Positions 50,212 to 61,405 of a stretch of DNA of 64,000 nucleotides are shown here, piece after piece. Position numbers and translations under genes: made by a program. Numbering within the stretch: position 1 is the stretch's first letter; every line of letters begins with the position of its first letter. This DNA is from an uncultured Polynucleobacter sp. (lineage in GTDB: Bacteria; Pseudomonadota; Gammaproteobacteria; Burkholderiales; Burkholderiaceae). The stretch is taken from positions 24,193 to 88,192 of the forward strand of contig CAZWPR010000003.1 of the NCBI GenBank assembly GCA_964636135.1. The letters are read 5' to 3'. Under the pieces are notes generated by a model. The model was not told where the DNA came from and ran no database searches. It saw nothing but the letters and a program-made list of their open reading frames with translations.

Positions 50212-51752
50212 TCGTGGGCATCCATGCCTCGAAAGGCATTAGGGTGATTGATGAATGAGCTAACGGCATAAGTCTTGCCAGATTGGCTAATGACGTAGCC
50301 TGAGATCGCCCGTACTTCCGCAAGTGATCCGGTCTTTATACGCGCCTCCGGTTTGGTCTTGAGGTGCAAGAACTGACGCAATTGCCGTATCAGGCGGTTT
50401 TTCATGGTGCCATCGGATCCTGCTAAGGGCAGGGATTGTACAAACAGATCTCCGGATGGAAGTTGACGGGCAGTAATCAATAGATCGTTGAGATGGCGCG
50501 CGCTAATCGCTTCGTTACGTGATAGGCCTGAGCCATTTTCTAAAACCAATTCCGGAAAGTGCAAGCCGCGTTGTTTGAGCCAGGCTTGCATGACCCGATC
50601 ACTGGTGCCGATGGAGGCTGGCTTTCCTAAACGTTCCAAGCCAAGGGTTAAAAAGAGTTGCCGTGCCATGACGTTGTTGGAAAACTTATTGATATCGTTT
50701 ACTGCATGAATTAATGGCCCACCCTGAAATTCCAGTAATGGCCTTGCAAATAGCGGAACCTCGCCACTTTTCCCTTGTGGCTGCTGAGCCCAGGTGCCGC
50801 CGGCTAATTCCCATGCCGCAGCAAATCCTAAGGTTAAAAAAGTATTGGGATCCAGTGCTACTACGTTGTAGGCAATGTTTTTGCATGCACTTGGAAATTC
50901 GCCATTAAAGAGAGCCTCCCACTGACCACTTTTGCTTGGGTTTGATCCCAGCTGCTTCACGAGCTCAAACTGGATTTGTTTGCGCCAAGTATCGCAGCTT
51001 TGATTGCTGGGACGCAATTGATTGACTACCTTAAATTGTGTCAATGCTGGTGTATAGCTAATTGCAATACGATCATCTTCGCGCGCTTGACTGACCTGGA
51101 ACGACAGGGTTCTGAATGCGTATAGAAGGGGATCGGGAGGGACATTGTAGGATCGCATCGACTCTCCATCGATGGTGGCGTGTTCCATTACTTCGGGACT
51201 ATAGGCGCTGCGGTCAAAAATCAAATTCCCATCGATGCGCTGAATACCTAAATCCCGCAGGCTTTTCATCATCTGTGCCAGCTCTTCCGGTATCAACTTA
51301 GGGTCGCCACTACCGCGAAGGTAAAGATTGCCCTTGAGTAGGCCATTTTTGATTTGGCCATCCGTATAGAGATTGGTATTCCAGCGGTACTGCGGGCCCA
51401 GCAAATCAAGCGCAGCTAAGGTGGTCAGTAACTTGATTGCGGAAGCGGGGTTCATCGATTGTTTTGCGCGCCAGTCCAGTATTTCCCGCGCATTACTACC
51501 AGCAGCGCTAGGTAATTCCAAAACCGAAATACTCACCGCATCGCGCGGAATCTGATTCTTGGCGAGTGACTGCCATACGGCGGTCGGAACTTCGATCGGA
51601 CCGCTGGGGGCCGATGCCCATAGAGGCTGACTACTAAGTCCGCAGAGGAGCAGCATCGCTAGCCATTGGAATGACTTGATTGCTTGCTGAAATGCAGGAA
51701 GAACGGCGCGAGGTGAAGTAGAAAAGAGTGGCACCGGCTTATGGTAAGCCAA
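50157..51752 (-). CDS. dacB: D-alanyl-D-alanine carboxypeptidase/endopeptidase PBP4
   Basis: PASAIK (SxxK), GSGDP, FSNN (SxN), NGSGLS, KTG. True start may be slightly downstream. Confidence 0.93.
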   Translation of the reverse strand: MAYHKPVPLFSTSPRAVLPAFQQAIKSFQWLAMLLLCGLSSQPLWASAPSGPIEVPTAVWQSLAKNQIPRDAVSISVLELPSAAGSNAREILDWRAKQSMNPASAIKLLTTLAALDLLGPQYRWNTNLYTDGQIKNGLLKGNLYLRGSGDPKLIPEELAQMMKSLRDLGIQRIDGNLIFDRSAYSPEVMEHATIDGESMRSYNVPPDPLLYAFRTLSFQVSQAREDDRIAISYTPALTQFKVVNQLRPSNQSCDTWRKQIQFELVKQLGSNPSKSGQWEALFNGEFPSACKNIAYNVVALDPNTFLTLGFAAAWELAGGTWAQQPQGKSGEVPLFARPLLEFQGGPLIHAVNDINKFSNNVMARQLFLTLGLERLGKPASIGTSDRVMQAWLKQRGLHFPELVLENGSGLSRNEAISARHLNDLLITARQLPSGDLFVQSLPLAGSDGTMKNRLIRQLRQFLHLKTKPEARIKTGSLAEVRAISGYVISQSGKTYAVSSFINHPNAFRGMDAHDQLLTWLLTGGPEPKQAR

Positions 51753-51826
51753 AATAGCAAAAATGCTACAAAACGAATGACTTACTCAGTTAAAGCCGGG
51801 GATCAATTTAGACATGCTGTGTGTAT

Positions 51827-54280
51827 TTATTCAAATGAAGCTCGGTTTAAAAAGGCATCAATCACGCCATTTTGTTTGAGCAGTAATTCTTTTAGTAGGG
51901 CCGCCCGCTTGGGGGTGGAGTCAGCACGATTGGCATTTAGGCTATCTAGGCGATTGGCAAAACGCAGGGCATTCATTAACAAGGCTCCACCCTTTATTTT
52001 ATGAATCAGGCTACTCAATTCGGATTGGGATATGGTCCCGGTCGATAGCTCTGCAATTGCCTGGTGGTGAACCTCCATAATTTCGTGCAAGATCAGTCTG
52101 CCAATTTGATTTTGATCCGAGCTGCCTTTGCCGAGTTGCGGGAAGGCAATGGTGTCTTCTTGTGCATCAAACTCCACTTCTACCATGGTGAAGTAGCGTG
52201 CTAACTCATTTTCAAGGGTTGCCAAGTTGAGTGGCTTAATCAGAACGGCATTCATACCCGACGCAAGCAGGCGATGCCGAATATCTAGGGCATAAATATC
52301 GGCGGTAACACCAATGATAATCAGCTCTGTAAATCCATCGGCGCGGATCGATTGCGATAAATCAGCGCCATGCATACCAGGCATGGAGTGGTCGGTGAGC
52401 ATGACATGAAACTCTCGCTGCTTGAGGAGGCTCAATGCCTGTCCGGCATTTTCGCAGACAAGGACCTTAGCTCCCAGCGCTTCTAATTGGAGGGATAGGA
52501 CTTGACGGCTAGCGGGGTGATCCTCAACTACTAGGGCGCAGACTTGCTTGCCTTGGTGCTGCATACGCTGGGTACTATGCAAGGCTGCCTCGGTGATCAA
52601 ACGATTTGAAGCCACTTGCGTTGTTCTTGGGAAGGCGGCAGAAAAATAGACATTGCTGCCCATGCCGGGTTCACTATCAAAATACAAGCAACTATCCATC
52701 GATCGAATCAAATGGCTGCTAATGGTCAAACCCAAGCCAGTGCCTTGAGGGGTATTGCCCGCCTGCGTTTGATGTTGCGCGCGGACTTGTTCAAATGGCT
52801 GAAGGGCAATCGCAATATCAGCGGGATTCATGCCAATGCCGGTATCAATCACGCGAAACTCAATCAACTGCCCAGCGTGGTCATCGGCCAAGATACGTAC
52901 CGAAAAATGAATCGATCCTGCATTCGTAAACTTAATGGCGTTACTCAAGATGTTATTTAAAACTTGCCGCAAGCGTAAGGAGTCAACCATCAGTACTTCT
53001 GCAATGCGTAGGTCGAGATGGGTATGCATACTTAATTGGCGATTTGATGCAAAGATCGAAAAAGCTGCGTCAATTTCCTCGACCAGGGTTTTAAGGCAGC
53101 AGGGCTCTGGTGTTAACGTTAGCTTGCCCGCTTCAATCTTGGAAAGATCGAGGACCTGATTGAGCATACCCAGGAGCGACTCTGCTGAGGCATGGGCGCT
53201 CTGCAACAAGGGTTTCTCGCTCTCTGGTAAGCGTGGGCTTTTGAGTAATAACTCTTGGACTCCCAAAATGGCATTCATCGGTGTTCGGATCTCATGGCTC
53301 ATTTCAGCCAAAAAGTTCGATTTGGCATTATTGGCCCGCTCCGCATGCTCTTTCTCAGATAGCAGGGCAGCATGCTGCAGTGCATGCTGTTTGCGATGGC
53401 GCTGCAACTGAATAATCCAAGCGAATCCGCCCAAGAGCATAGCGCATAAAAAGCCAAACAAAATATGGCGCTTCCATGGCGCGTGATGCTGATGCATAAA
53501 GTCTAGATCAGCCCCGCCAGAATCGTCTCTTAGCTCGATGCCAAAACCCGGAATAGAAAAGATAGCACGCGATGCCACTGGATCAAGGGCATGCAAGGTC
53601 TTTTCCACAATGCCTTTGAGGGGCTTGGCATGATGGCTAATGAGCCAACGATATACCAGTGGCTCGCGACCATATAGTCCATTCAGTTTTAAATGCCCTT
53701 CGTGTTCTGCACGCATGGCATACCGCGCAAGCCGAATCGGCATCACGACAGCGTCGTACTCGCGCTTCATGAGTGCGGCAAATAGATGGGCTACGGATTG
53801 ATGCTCCCCGCGTACGGAGTCCGTGCTAAAAAAAGCTGTTTTGGGAGCAATCACGGGGTTACCCACCAAGGTCTCTGTGCGCGTTACCACGACCGCATGA
53901 CCCCAAAATAAGGCATCTGACCAGATACCCGCTTTTGCTATTGATAGATGAGAAGGTGGATCAATTACAAAATCAATAGTTTGCTCACTAAGCAATTGGA
54001 TTAAATCTGCATCGTTACTGCGCCAAATCGCTTGGTACTGCTGCTGCGTTTGCTCGCTCAGTGCATTAATGAGTGATTGATAAACCCCAACTTGCCCATT
54101 TCCATCCAGAGGTGCAAGGTAGGGTGCATGTTGCTCATGAATACTGAAATACACCACTGGCTTTGCTTTGATCCACTCCTGCTCTGCCGGAGTGAGTTCA
54201 ATGTGGTGTGCAAAAGCCATACTGCCGTAAAGCAGTATGGCAGTGCAAGCGATTAGACCAAATACGGTGACTCGCATCAT
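51827..54280 (-). CDS. Unorthodox hybrid sensor kinase (periplasmic binding domain-TM-HisKA-HATPase-REC-HPt), BvgS/EvgS-like
   Basis: LTPAEQEWI (VFT-sensor N-terminus), [38 protein letters not shown]...TDHSMP...KP, HPt IHKIKGGA. Confidence 0.88.
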   Translation of the reverse strand: MMRVTVFGLIACTAILLYGSMAFAHHIELTPAEQEWIKAKPVVYFSIHEQHAPYLAPLDGNGQVGVYQSLINALSEQTQQQYQAIWRSNDADLIQLLSEQTIDFVIDPPSHLSIAKAGIWSDALFWGHAVVVTRTETLVGNPVIAPKTAFFSTDSVRGEHQSVAHLFAALMKREYDAVVMPIRLARYAMRAEHEGHLKLNGLYGREPLVYRWLISHHAKPLKGIVEKTLHALDPVASRAIFSIPGFGIELRDDSGGADLDFMHQHHAPWKRHILFGFLCAMLLGGFAWIIQLQRHRKQHALQHAALLSEKEHAERANNAKSNFLAEMSHEIRTPMNAILGVQELLLKSPRLPESEKPLLQSAHASAESLLGMLNQVLDLSKIEAGKLTLTPEPCCLKTLVEEIDAAFSIFASNRQLSMHTHLDLRIAEVLMVDSLRLRQVLNNILSNAIKFTNAGSIHFSVRILADDHAGQLIEFRVIDTGIGMNPADIAIALQPFEQVRAQHQTQAGNTPQGTGLGLTISSHLIRSMDSCLYFDSEPGMGSNVYFSAAFPRTTQVASNRLITEAALHSTQRMQHQGKQVCALVVEDHPASRQVLSLQLEALGAKVLVCENAGQALSLLKQREFHVMLTDHSMPGMHGADLSQSIRADGFTELIIIGVTADIYALDIRHRLLASGMNAVLIKPLNLATLENELARYFTMVEVEFDAQEDTIAFPQLGKGSSDQNQIGRLILHEIMEVHHQAIAELSTGTISQSELSSLIHKIKGGALLMNALRFANRLDSLNANRADSTPKRAALLKELLLKQNGVIDAFLNRASFE

Positions 54281-54900
54281 CCCTCAATAATGTGGTTATT
54301 GCGGCAAAACATAATGAGGTCGGCAATATTATTGACGCCCAGCTTTTCAAAGATGCGTGTTTTATAGGTGGCTACCGTTTTATTGCTGATGTGCAACAAG
54401 TCTGAAATGTGTTGATTGCTATTGCCTTTACCCAAGTACTTCATCACTTGCAATTCACGATCAGAGATGAGGGCTAGTTTCTCCTGGTCGCTAAGCGAGC
54501 TATGGCCATTGCGCGTATGGGAAAAGCAAGCATAGCCTTGGGAGATGGCCACGCAGGCTGCCAAGATAACATCGGCCCCGGCAGTTTTATTGATAAAACC
54601 ATGTGCGCCCAAGGAACGTACACGTCCTCCATATACCTGCTCATCTAGGCTGGATAGAACAAGTAAGCGGATGTCGGGGTAAGTCAAACTAATACGGCGA
54701 ATCACATCAAATCCATCCGTTTTTGGCATATCGAGATCGAGAATCACAATATCGGGATTGATTTGCTTCACACTTTGTAAGCACTCCTCTCCATTGCGGC
54801 ACTGGCCTACCACCTCAAACAGCAATTGGTCCTGCAGCATACTTTTGAGGGCCATCAACATGGCGGGATGATCGTCTACCAACATGACACTTTTCTTCAT
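54277..54900 (-). CDS. NarL/LuxR family response regulator, BvgA/EvgA-like
   Basis: [43 protein letters not shown]; ATGA overlap with the kinase. Confidence 0.92.
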   Translation of the reverse strand: MKKSVMLVDDHPAMLMALKSMLQDQLLFEVVGQCRNGEECLQSVKQINPDIVILDLDMPKTDGFDVIRRISLTYPDIRLLVLSSLDEQVYGGRVRSLGAHGFINKTAGADVILAACVAISQGYACFSHTRNGHSSLSDQEKLALISDRELQVMKYLGKGNSNQHISDLLHISNKTVATYKTRIFEKLGVNNIADLIMFCRNNHIIEG

Positions 54901-55763
54901 TGCCTATCTCCGTTTTGGTTTGTACTTCCATGGGGTTTCACTGCAAAAATAGCTTTCGCAATTCGACTGTCGCTGATATGAAGAATTTGGTGCCTACTGA
55001 CGGGTGACATCATGAGTCCACCGTAGCAAAAATCCGCCGGCAAGAGCCTGGCGTTTTCGAGGTCTTTAATTAAGGTAATGCCATTGGCATACAGCATTGC
55101 GCCCAACTCCTTTGCCATCGCGAGGGCATCGAGTAATTGGGCTTGTTGGTTCGCTACTGCAATATCGTCACTGCGTAGCTCCTGAATGGAGAAATGGATG
55201 CCATCGAATTTGACTTCCTCTAGCCACTGCGGCTGAATTGACTGCGGATTGGCATTCATCAGGTGGAGCAGTACGCCGATGCGACGTAGGCGCAATAAAC
55301 CCTCTTTGCAATTGATGCGCAGTGCATCTGGCGGCATTGTCGTTAGGCCAATGTGAACTAAACCGACGGGGAGCCTGGAGTTCAAAATAAGATCGCACAG
55401 GGCATCAATACGCTGTGGGTTAGCAAGTACGCCGGGTGATAAAGGCAAGAGAATCTGAATGGGCCTGTTGCAGCAATGCCAGTAACTGGCCGCATCCAGT
55501 CCTTCCATGGAGAAGCGCAGTACCTGGGAGTCGCTGGCGCCCAATAGGGGCCTGAACAAGGCGGCGGACATGGTATTGCCTGCTGCATTAAAAATGGGTT
55601 CGTAGCTGACGGTTTGGCGCTTAGACCAGCTGGCATTACTGCCGGCATCCTGGGTTTCGTGGGCCAGATTGGGTACATGAGTACCTTGGGCGTCCCGTAG
55701 CTCATGAAAAGGCTTGTTCTTCCATGCGTGAACCAGCGTATACAGCCGAGATTTGGGACTCAT
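54897..55763 (-). CDS. Degenerate EAL-domain protein (BvgR/YdiV-like)
   Basis: EAL-fold landmarks are recognisable (YEPIF, LRRIGV, AKELG...ANGI, G.LMMSP) but the catalytic motifs are replaced; ATGA overlap with the regulator. Confidence 0.7.
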   Translation of the reverse strand: MSPKSRLYTLVHAWKNKPFHELRDAQGTHVPNLAHETQDAGSNASWSKRQTVSYEPIFNAAGNTMSAALFRPLLGASDSQVLRFSMEGLDAASYWHCCNRPIQILLPLSPGVLANPQRIDALCDLILNSRLPVGLVHIGLTTMPPDALRINCKEGLLRLRRIGVLLHLMNANPQSIQPQWLEEVKFDGIHFSIQELRSDDIAVANQQAQLLDALAMAKELGAMLYANGITLIKDLENARLLPADFCYGGLMMSPVSRHQILHISDSRIAKAIFAVKPHGSTNQNGDRQ

Positions 55764-55879
55764 AAGGTGTTCTCCAGTCGATGACTGTCCAGTCTAGGCA
55801 GGACAGGTCCGGGAAGTAAGCAGGCAGATCTGATTTCTTTGTAGGAAAAGACCTACAACAAGCTTTTATTGGGCCGCCC

Positions 55880-55907
55880 CTTGAAATCACCGGGAATAGA
55901 CCTATAT
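55880..55907 (+). promoter_or_regulatory. Sigma32-type promoter of groESL
   Basis: CTTGAAA followed by a CCTATAT -10-like element just upstream of CIRCE. Confidence 0.7.
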
Positions 55908-55909
55908 AA

Positions 55910-55936
55910 TCAGCACTCACTGCAATCGAGTGCTAA
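55910..55936 (+). promoter_or_regulatory. CIRCE element (HrcA operator)
   Basis: TCAGCACTC-N9-GAGTGCTAA, one mismatch to TTAGCACTC-N9-GAGTGCTAA. Confidence 0.92.
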
Positions 55937-56043
55937 AACGATCTTGACCAGTCAAAATCGTTTTAACTTGAGGTGTAGAGATTATAACCCGACGATTTAT
56001 ATCGATTTTTATGTAGTTAATACTCACTAACTTAGGAGAAGGA

Positions 56044-56334
56044 ATGAATCTACGTCCTTTACATGATCGCGTGATCATCAAGCGTATGGATCAAGAAACC
56101 AAGACTGCCTCAGGAATCGTGATTCCAGATGCAGCAGCCGAGAAACCAGACCAAGGCGAAGTTTTAGCCGTAGGCCCTGGCAAGCGCGATGACAGCGGCA
56201 AATTAAATGCCCCTGACGTCAAAGTTGGCGACCGGGTGTTGTTCGGCAAATATGCCGGCCAAACCGTCAAAGTAGGTGCAGATGAGCTTCTCGTAATGCG
56301 CGAAGAAGACATCATGGCCGTTGTTCAGAAGTAA
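56044..56334 (+). CDS. groES: Co-chaperonin GroES
   Basis: [29 protein letters not shown]. Confidence 0.98.
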   Translation: MNLRPLHDRVIIKRMDQETKTASGIVIPDAAAEKPDQGEVLAVGPGKRDDSGKLNAPDVKVGDRVLFGKYAGQTVKVGADELLVMREEDIMAVVQK

Positions 56335-56346
56335 TTGAGAACATAA

Positions 56347-58014
<1,668 letters not shown>

Positions 58015-58036
58015 TGATCTAGCCTAGCTAGAACTG

Positions 58037-58062
58037 AAAAGGGCAGCTTAGCTGCCCTTTTT
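58037..58062. terminator. Bidirectional terminator after groEL
   Basis: AAAAGGGCAGC-TTA-GCTGCCCTTTT. Confidence 0.88.
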
Positions 58063-58088
58063 CTTTGGTGATTATTGCTATAAAAAAA

Positions 58089-59438
58089 TTAATCAGATCG
58101 CGGTAACTGTACTGCGACTTTGAGACCGCCTAGTGATGATTGATTCATCTGCATTTTCCCCCCGTAGATGGAAATGAGCTCATCGACGATGGCTAAACCA
58201 AGCCCAGTACCAGGAGTAAATTCATCGAGCCGCACGCCACGACGCACAACATTGGCATAGTCATCAGGAGTGATCCCCGGTCCGTCATCCTCAATAGCGA
58301 TCGTGACCCAGCCCTTTTCTTTGGAGATCGAAATCAACACTTGTGTACTTGCCCATTTGCAGGCGTTATCAATCACATTGCCTACGATTTCATGTAAATC
58401 GCGCTCATCCCCATTAAATTGAACGGCAGACTCGGGCGCATGAATAGTCATCGTCAACGATTTATCTGCATAGATCTTTTCCATCACCCGCACAATCGAT
58501 TGAATTGCTCCAACAACCGGAGTTTTTAGCGTGATATTACGGCTGCGCGTGATGGTTTTTGCCCTTGCAAGGCTCCAGTCAATCTGTTCTTTAGCAAGTC
58601 TAGTTTGCTCAAGAACGAGCTGACGAAAATCGGCATCATGAATTGTTTTGCTCGCGATGGCATTGGTAATGACAGCTAGAGGAGTTTTGATTGCGTGTGC
58701 GAGGTTACCTGCCTGAATTTGTGCTTTGCTAACCAACTGCTTGTTTTGCTCCAGAACTGAATTAAAGTCATCTACCAACGGACTAAATTCATTGGGATAT
58801 TGGCCTTTGATGCAGGCGGCATCCCCAGTGCGTAAACGAAGCATGGCTTTTTTTAGTTTGCTCAGTGGCGATAGCCCAATCGTAATTTGTAATACCACCA
58901 TGCTTAGTAACGCAACAGCCAAGATCGTGAGATACCACTGTATTTGCGATTGGAATTGGCGTATTGATTGATCTAGCTCTGCTGTATCTTCCGCGACAGT
59001 GAGTAAAAAAGGGATTGGAATGACGCCATCTAGTTCAATTGCTTGTGATCGGGCCATTAGATGTTGGCCTTGATTAGTATTGATTTCATAAAAAGAGGCT
59101 TTATCGGGGGAATGAACTTGCAGTGTTGTATCCCATAGCGAACGAGACCGAATGATTTTTCCATCGGATAAATTGGCCTGCCAATATAGTCCCGAAAGGG
59201 GGCTGGACCAGCGAGGCTCATTTGCCGGCACCCTAAAAAAAAGTTCGCCAGTTTTGGGGTCTTGGCCAGCAAGACTGGCAACCTGCAGAAAGCGGGATTG
59301 CAGTGCAGATTGAAATTGCCGAGTAGCATGCTCTTCAAAAAGGGTGCCAATGACGGAGTTAGCGAATACTAGGGCGATTGCAATGCCTACTAAGGAGGCA
59401 ATTCCAATCCGAAAGCGAATCGAATTAAAGATCATCAT
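58089..59438 (-). CDS. Sensor histidine kinase (PhoQ/FeuQ/BqsS-like)
   Basis: SGLYWQ, RSRSLWD, GNLAHAIKTPL, GNVIDNACKWA, DDGPG, GTGLGL. Confidence 0.9.
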   Translation of the reverse strand: MMIFNSIRFRIGIASLVGIAIALVFANSVIGTLFEEHATRQFQSALQSRFLQVASLAGQDPKTGELFFRVPANEPRWSSPLSGLYWQANLSDGKIIRSRSLWDTTLQVHSPDKASFYEINTNQGQHLMARSQAIELDGVIPIPFLLTVAEDTAELDQSIRQFQSQIQWYLTILAVALLSMVVLQITIGLSPLSKLKKAMLRLRTGDAACIKGQYPNEFSPLVDDFNSVLEQNKQLVSKAQIQAGNLAHAIKTPLAVITNAIASKTIHDADFRQLVLEQTRLAKEQIDWSLARAKTITRSRNITLKTPVVGAIQSIVRVMEKIYADKSLTMTIHAPESAVQFNGDERDLHEIVGNVIDNACKWASTQVLISISKEKGWVTIAIEDDGPGITPDDYANVVRRGVRLDEFTPGTGLGLAIVDELISIYGGKMQMNQSSLGGLKVAVQLPRSD

Positions 59439-60087
59439 TTAGGCGATAACCTAAGCCTCTAATGGTTTCAATCAGGCCCTCGGGTATTTTCTTGCGCAGG
59501 CGGGCAATGAAAACCTCAATGGTGTTGGAATCAGGGTCCTCGTTGTATGCATAAATATGCTCACCCAGCGTTGCACGGTCAATCACTTCGTTCGGATGAT
59601 GCATTAGATATTCAAGCAACTTAAATTCATGGGCAGTTAAGGTAATCGGATTGCCATCCAAAGACACCTTGCTACTACGAGTATCTAAAAACAGCCCTTT
59701 AATCGATAGTACAGGGGATGAGTGCCCTGCCGTTCGCCGAATCACACTCCGAATCCGGGCTAAGAGCTCCTCCATGTAAAATGGTTTAGTCAGGTAATCA
59801 TCTGCGCCCGCATCGATACCAGATACCTTTTCGCTCCAGTTGTCCCGTGCGGTCAGAATAATAACAGGTAGTTTTTTTCTGGCAAGGCGCCAGCCCTTTA
59901 AAACGGATATTCCGTCAAGTTTAGGAAGGCCCAGATCTAAGATGGCAACATCAAAGGCCTCCTCTTTACCCATATGTAGACCGTCCTCGCCGTTGTTGGC
60001 GATATCCACCGCATAGCCTTGCTCTTCTAAAGCTATACGCAATTGTGCGCAGAGGGTAGGCTCATCTTCGACGATTAATATGCGCAT
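59425..60087 (-). CDS. OmpR family response regulator (FeuP/BqsR/PhoP-like)
   Basis: MRILIVED, LDLGLP, LTAR, GADDYLTKPF, SNTIEVFIARLRKK, RGLGY. Confidence 0.93.
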   Translation of the reverse strand: MRILIVEDEPTLCAQLRIALEEQGYAVDIANNGEDGLHMGKEEAFDVAILDLGLPKLDGISVLKGWRLARKKLPVIILTARDNWSEKVSGIDAGADDYLTKPFYMEELLARIRSVIRRTAGHSSPVLSIKGLFLDTRSSKVSLDGNPITLTAHEFKLLEYLMHHPNEVIDRATLGEHIYAYNEDPDSNTIEVFIARLRKKIPEGLIETIRGLGYRLNDDL

Positions 60088-60092
60088 TTGAG

Positions 60093-60404
60093 TTATTGAC
60101 TGGTGTTTTTTGATTTCTGCTTAATGACGACGCCGGTCTTGGCATCTACCTCAAGCTTGGTGAGAACGCCACTGGCGGAAAGTTGCTTGATCTCATAAAC
60201 CCAAGTGTTTTTCTTACGCTCTAGCTCAACTTCAAGGACTTGACCTGGGTAGTCTTTAGCCATTTTTTGAAGAATATGTTGGAGCGGCATCACTTCGCCT
60301 TGCTCCACTGCTTTACGGGCGCGGTCTTGATCGCTGTCTGCATAAGACAAATGGGGTTGGGTGATCAGAAATGCAAGCAGTACGAATCGGAAAATGAAGG
60401 TCAT
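60093..60404 (-). CDS. PepSY domain periplasmic protein
   Basis: Signal peptide, DQDRAR.AV..GE..PL, LEVELE, YEIK, VDAKTG. Confidence 0.88.
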   Translation of the reverse strand: MTFIFRFVLLAFLITQPHLSYADSDQDRARKAVEQGEVMPLQHILQKMAKDYPGQVLEVELERKKNTWVYEIKQLSASGVLTKLEVDAKTGVVIKQKSKNTSQ

Positions 60405-60426
60405 CCTTCATTGTAGGCGGTGAATT

Positions 60427-60445
60427 CTGAATGGCAGATGAATGG
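60427..60445. promoter_or_regulatory. Direct repeat, candidate OmpR-family binding box
   Basis: TGAATGG at 60428 and 60439 (11-bp period) in the divergent promoter region. Confidence 0.55.
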
Positions 60446-60488
60446 AGTCTTCAGATTCCGTAAACCCCATTTATTCAATACTGACTGC

Positions 60489-60908
60489 ATGAACTCAAAC
60501 ATATACAGAATTCACGCCAAATCAGCCCTATTCATGCTCTTTTCCTTTGCGGCAATAGCACCAGCAATTGCCGCAGAAACAACGCCTAACAAACAGCTAC
60601 AGTATTGGACCGATAAAGCCGGTAGTCAAGCAAATGGCGAAAGAGGGAAGGTATTTTTCAATTCCACTCATGGCAAAGAGTGGTCCTGTTCATCCTGCCA
60701 TGGCAACCCACCCATATCTCTAGGAAAGCATGCTGGCACTAACAAGGTAATTGATCCACTCGCGCCATCTGTAAATCCAGATGCGCTGACCGACTCTGCC
60801 AGAACAGATAAATGGTTTCGCCGCAATTGCAACGACGTCCTCGGCCGGGAATGTCTGCCCCAAGAAAAGGCAGATGTCTTGTCTTACCTCATTAGTATTA
60901 AAAAGTAG
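60489..60908 (+). CDS. Monoheme cytochrome c, SHP/DUF1924 family
   Basis: Signal peptide, CSSCH heme motif, I.PLAP..N, KWFRRNCNDVLGREC. Confidence 0.85.
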   Translation: MNSNIYRIHAKSALFMLFSFAAIAPAIAAETTPNKQLQYWTDKAGSQANGERGKVFFNSTHGKEWSCSSCHGNPPISLGKHAGTNKVIDPLAPSVNPDALTDSARTDKWFRRNCNDVLGRECLPQEKADVLSYLISIKK

Positions 60909-60917
60909 GGGGTGATT

Positions 60918-61400
60918 ATGAAAGATTTTATTTCGATGCTGGCGCTAACTGCGTTGACGTACTTGGCAGTAGGGGCCGCCTCTCAATTGGCAATGGCGGA
61001 TAGTGCAAATAGGATGCCCGTTGATCGTTTGCCAATCTATCAAGCCGAGTGTGCGAGTTGCCATCTGGCGTATCCTCCGGGATTTTTGCCGGCACAGTCC
61101 TGGTCCTCGATTATGAGCGGCCTTAGCAAGCATTACGGAACCGATGCCTCCGTTGAGCCTAAGGATGCGGCGGAGATTTCAGCTTGGCTTAAGCGCTACG
61201 CAGGAAGTTATAAGCGCGTTAAAGAGGCGCCTCCAGAAAATCGAATCACCCAGTCCTATTGGTTTCAAAAGAAGCACCGCAAGATTGGGGTAGAAGATTT
61301 TGCTAAGCCCTCTGTGAAGAGTGCAGCCAATTGCAATGCATGCCATCGTCATGCCGAGCAAGGTAATTTTGATGATGACGATGTGCGGATTCCAAGGTAA
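60918..61400 (+). CDS. Diheme cytochrome c (DHC family)
   Basis: ECASCHLAYPP.FLP..SW, HYG.DAS, RIT...WF...H, NCNACH..AEQG.F. Confidence 0.88.
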   Translation: MKDFISMLALTALTYLAVGAASQLAMADSANRMPVDRLPIYQAECASCHLAYPPGFLPAQSWSSIMSGLSKHYGTDASVEPKDAAEISAWLKRYAGSYKRVKEAPPENRITQSYWFQKKHRKIGVEDFAKPSVKSAANCNACHRHAEQGNFDDDDVRIPR

Positions 61401-61405
61401 AAATA

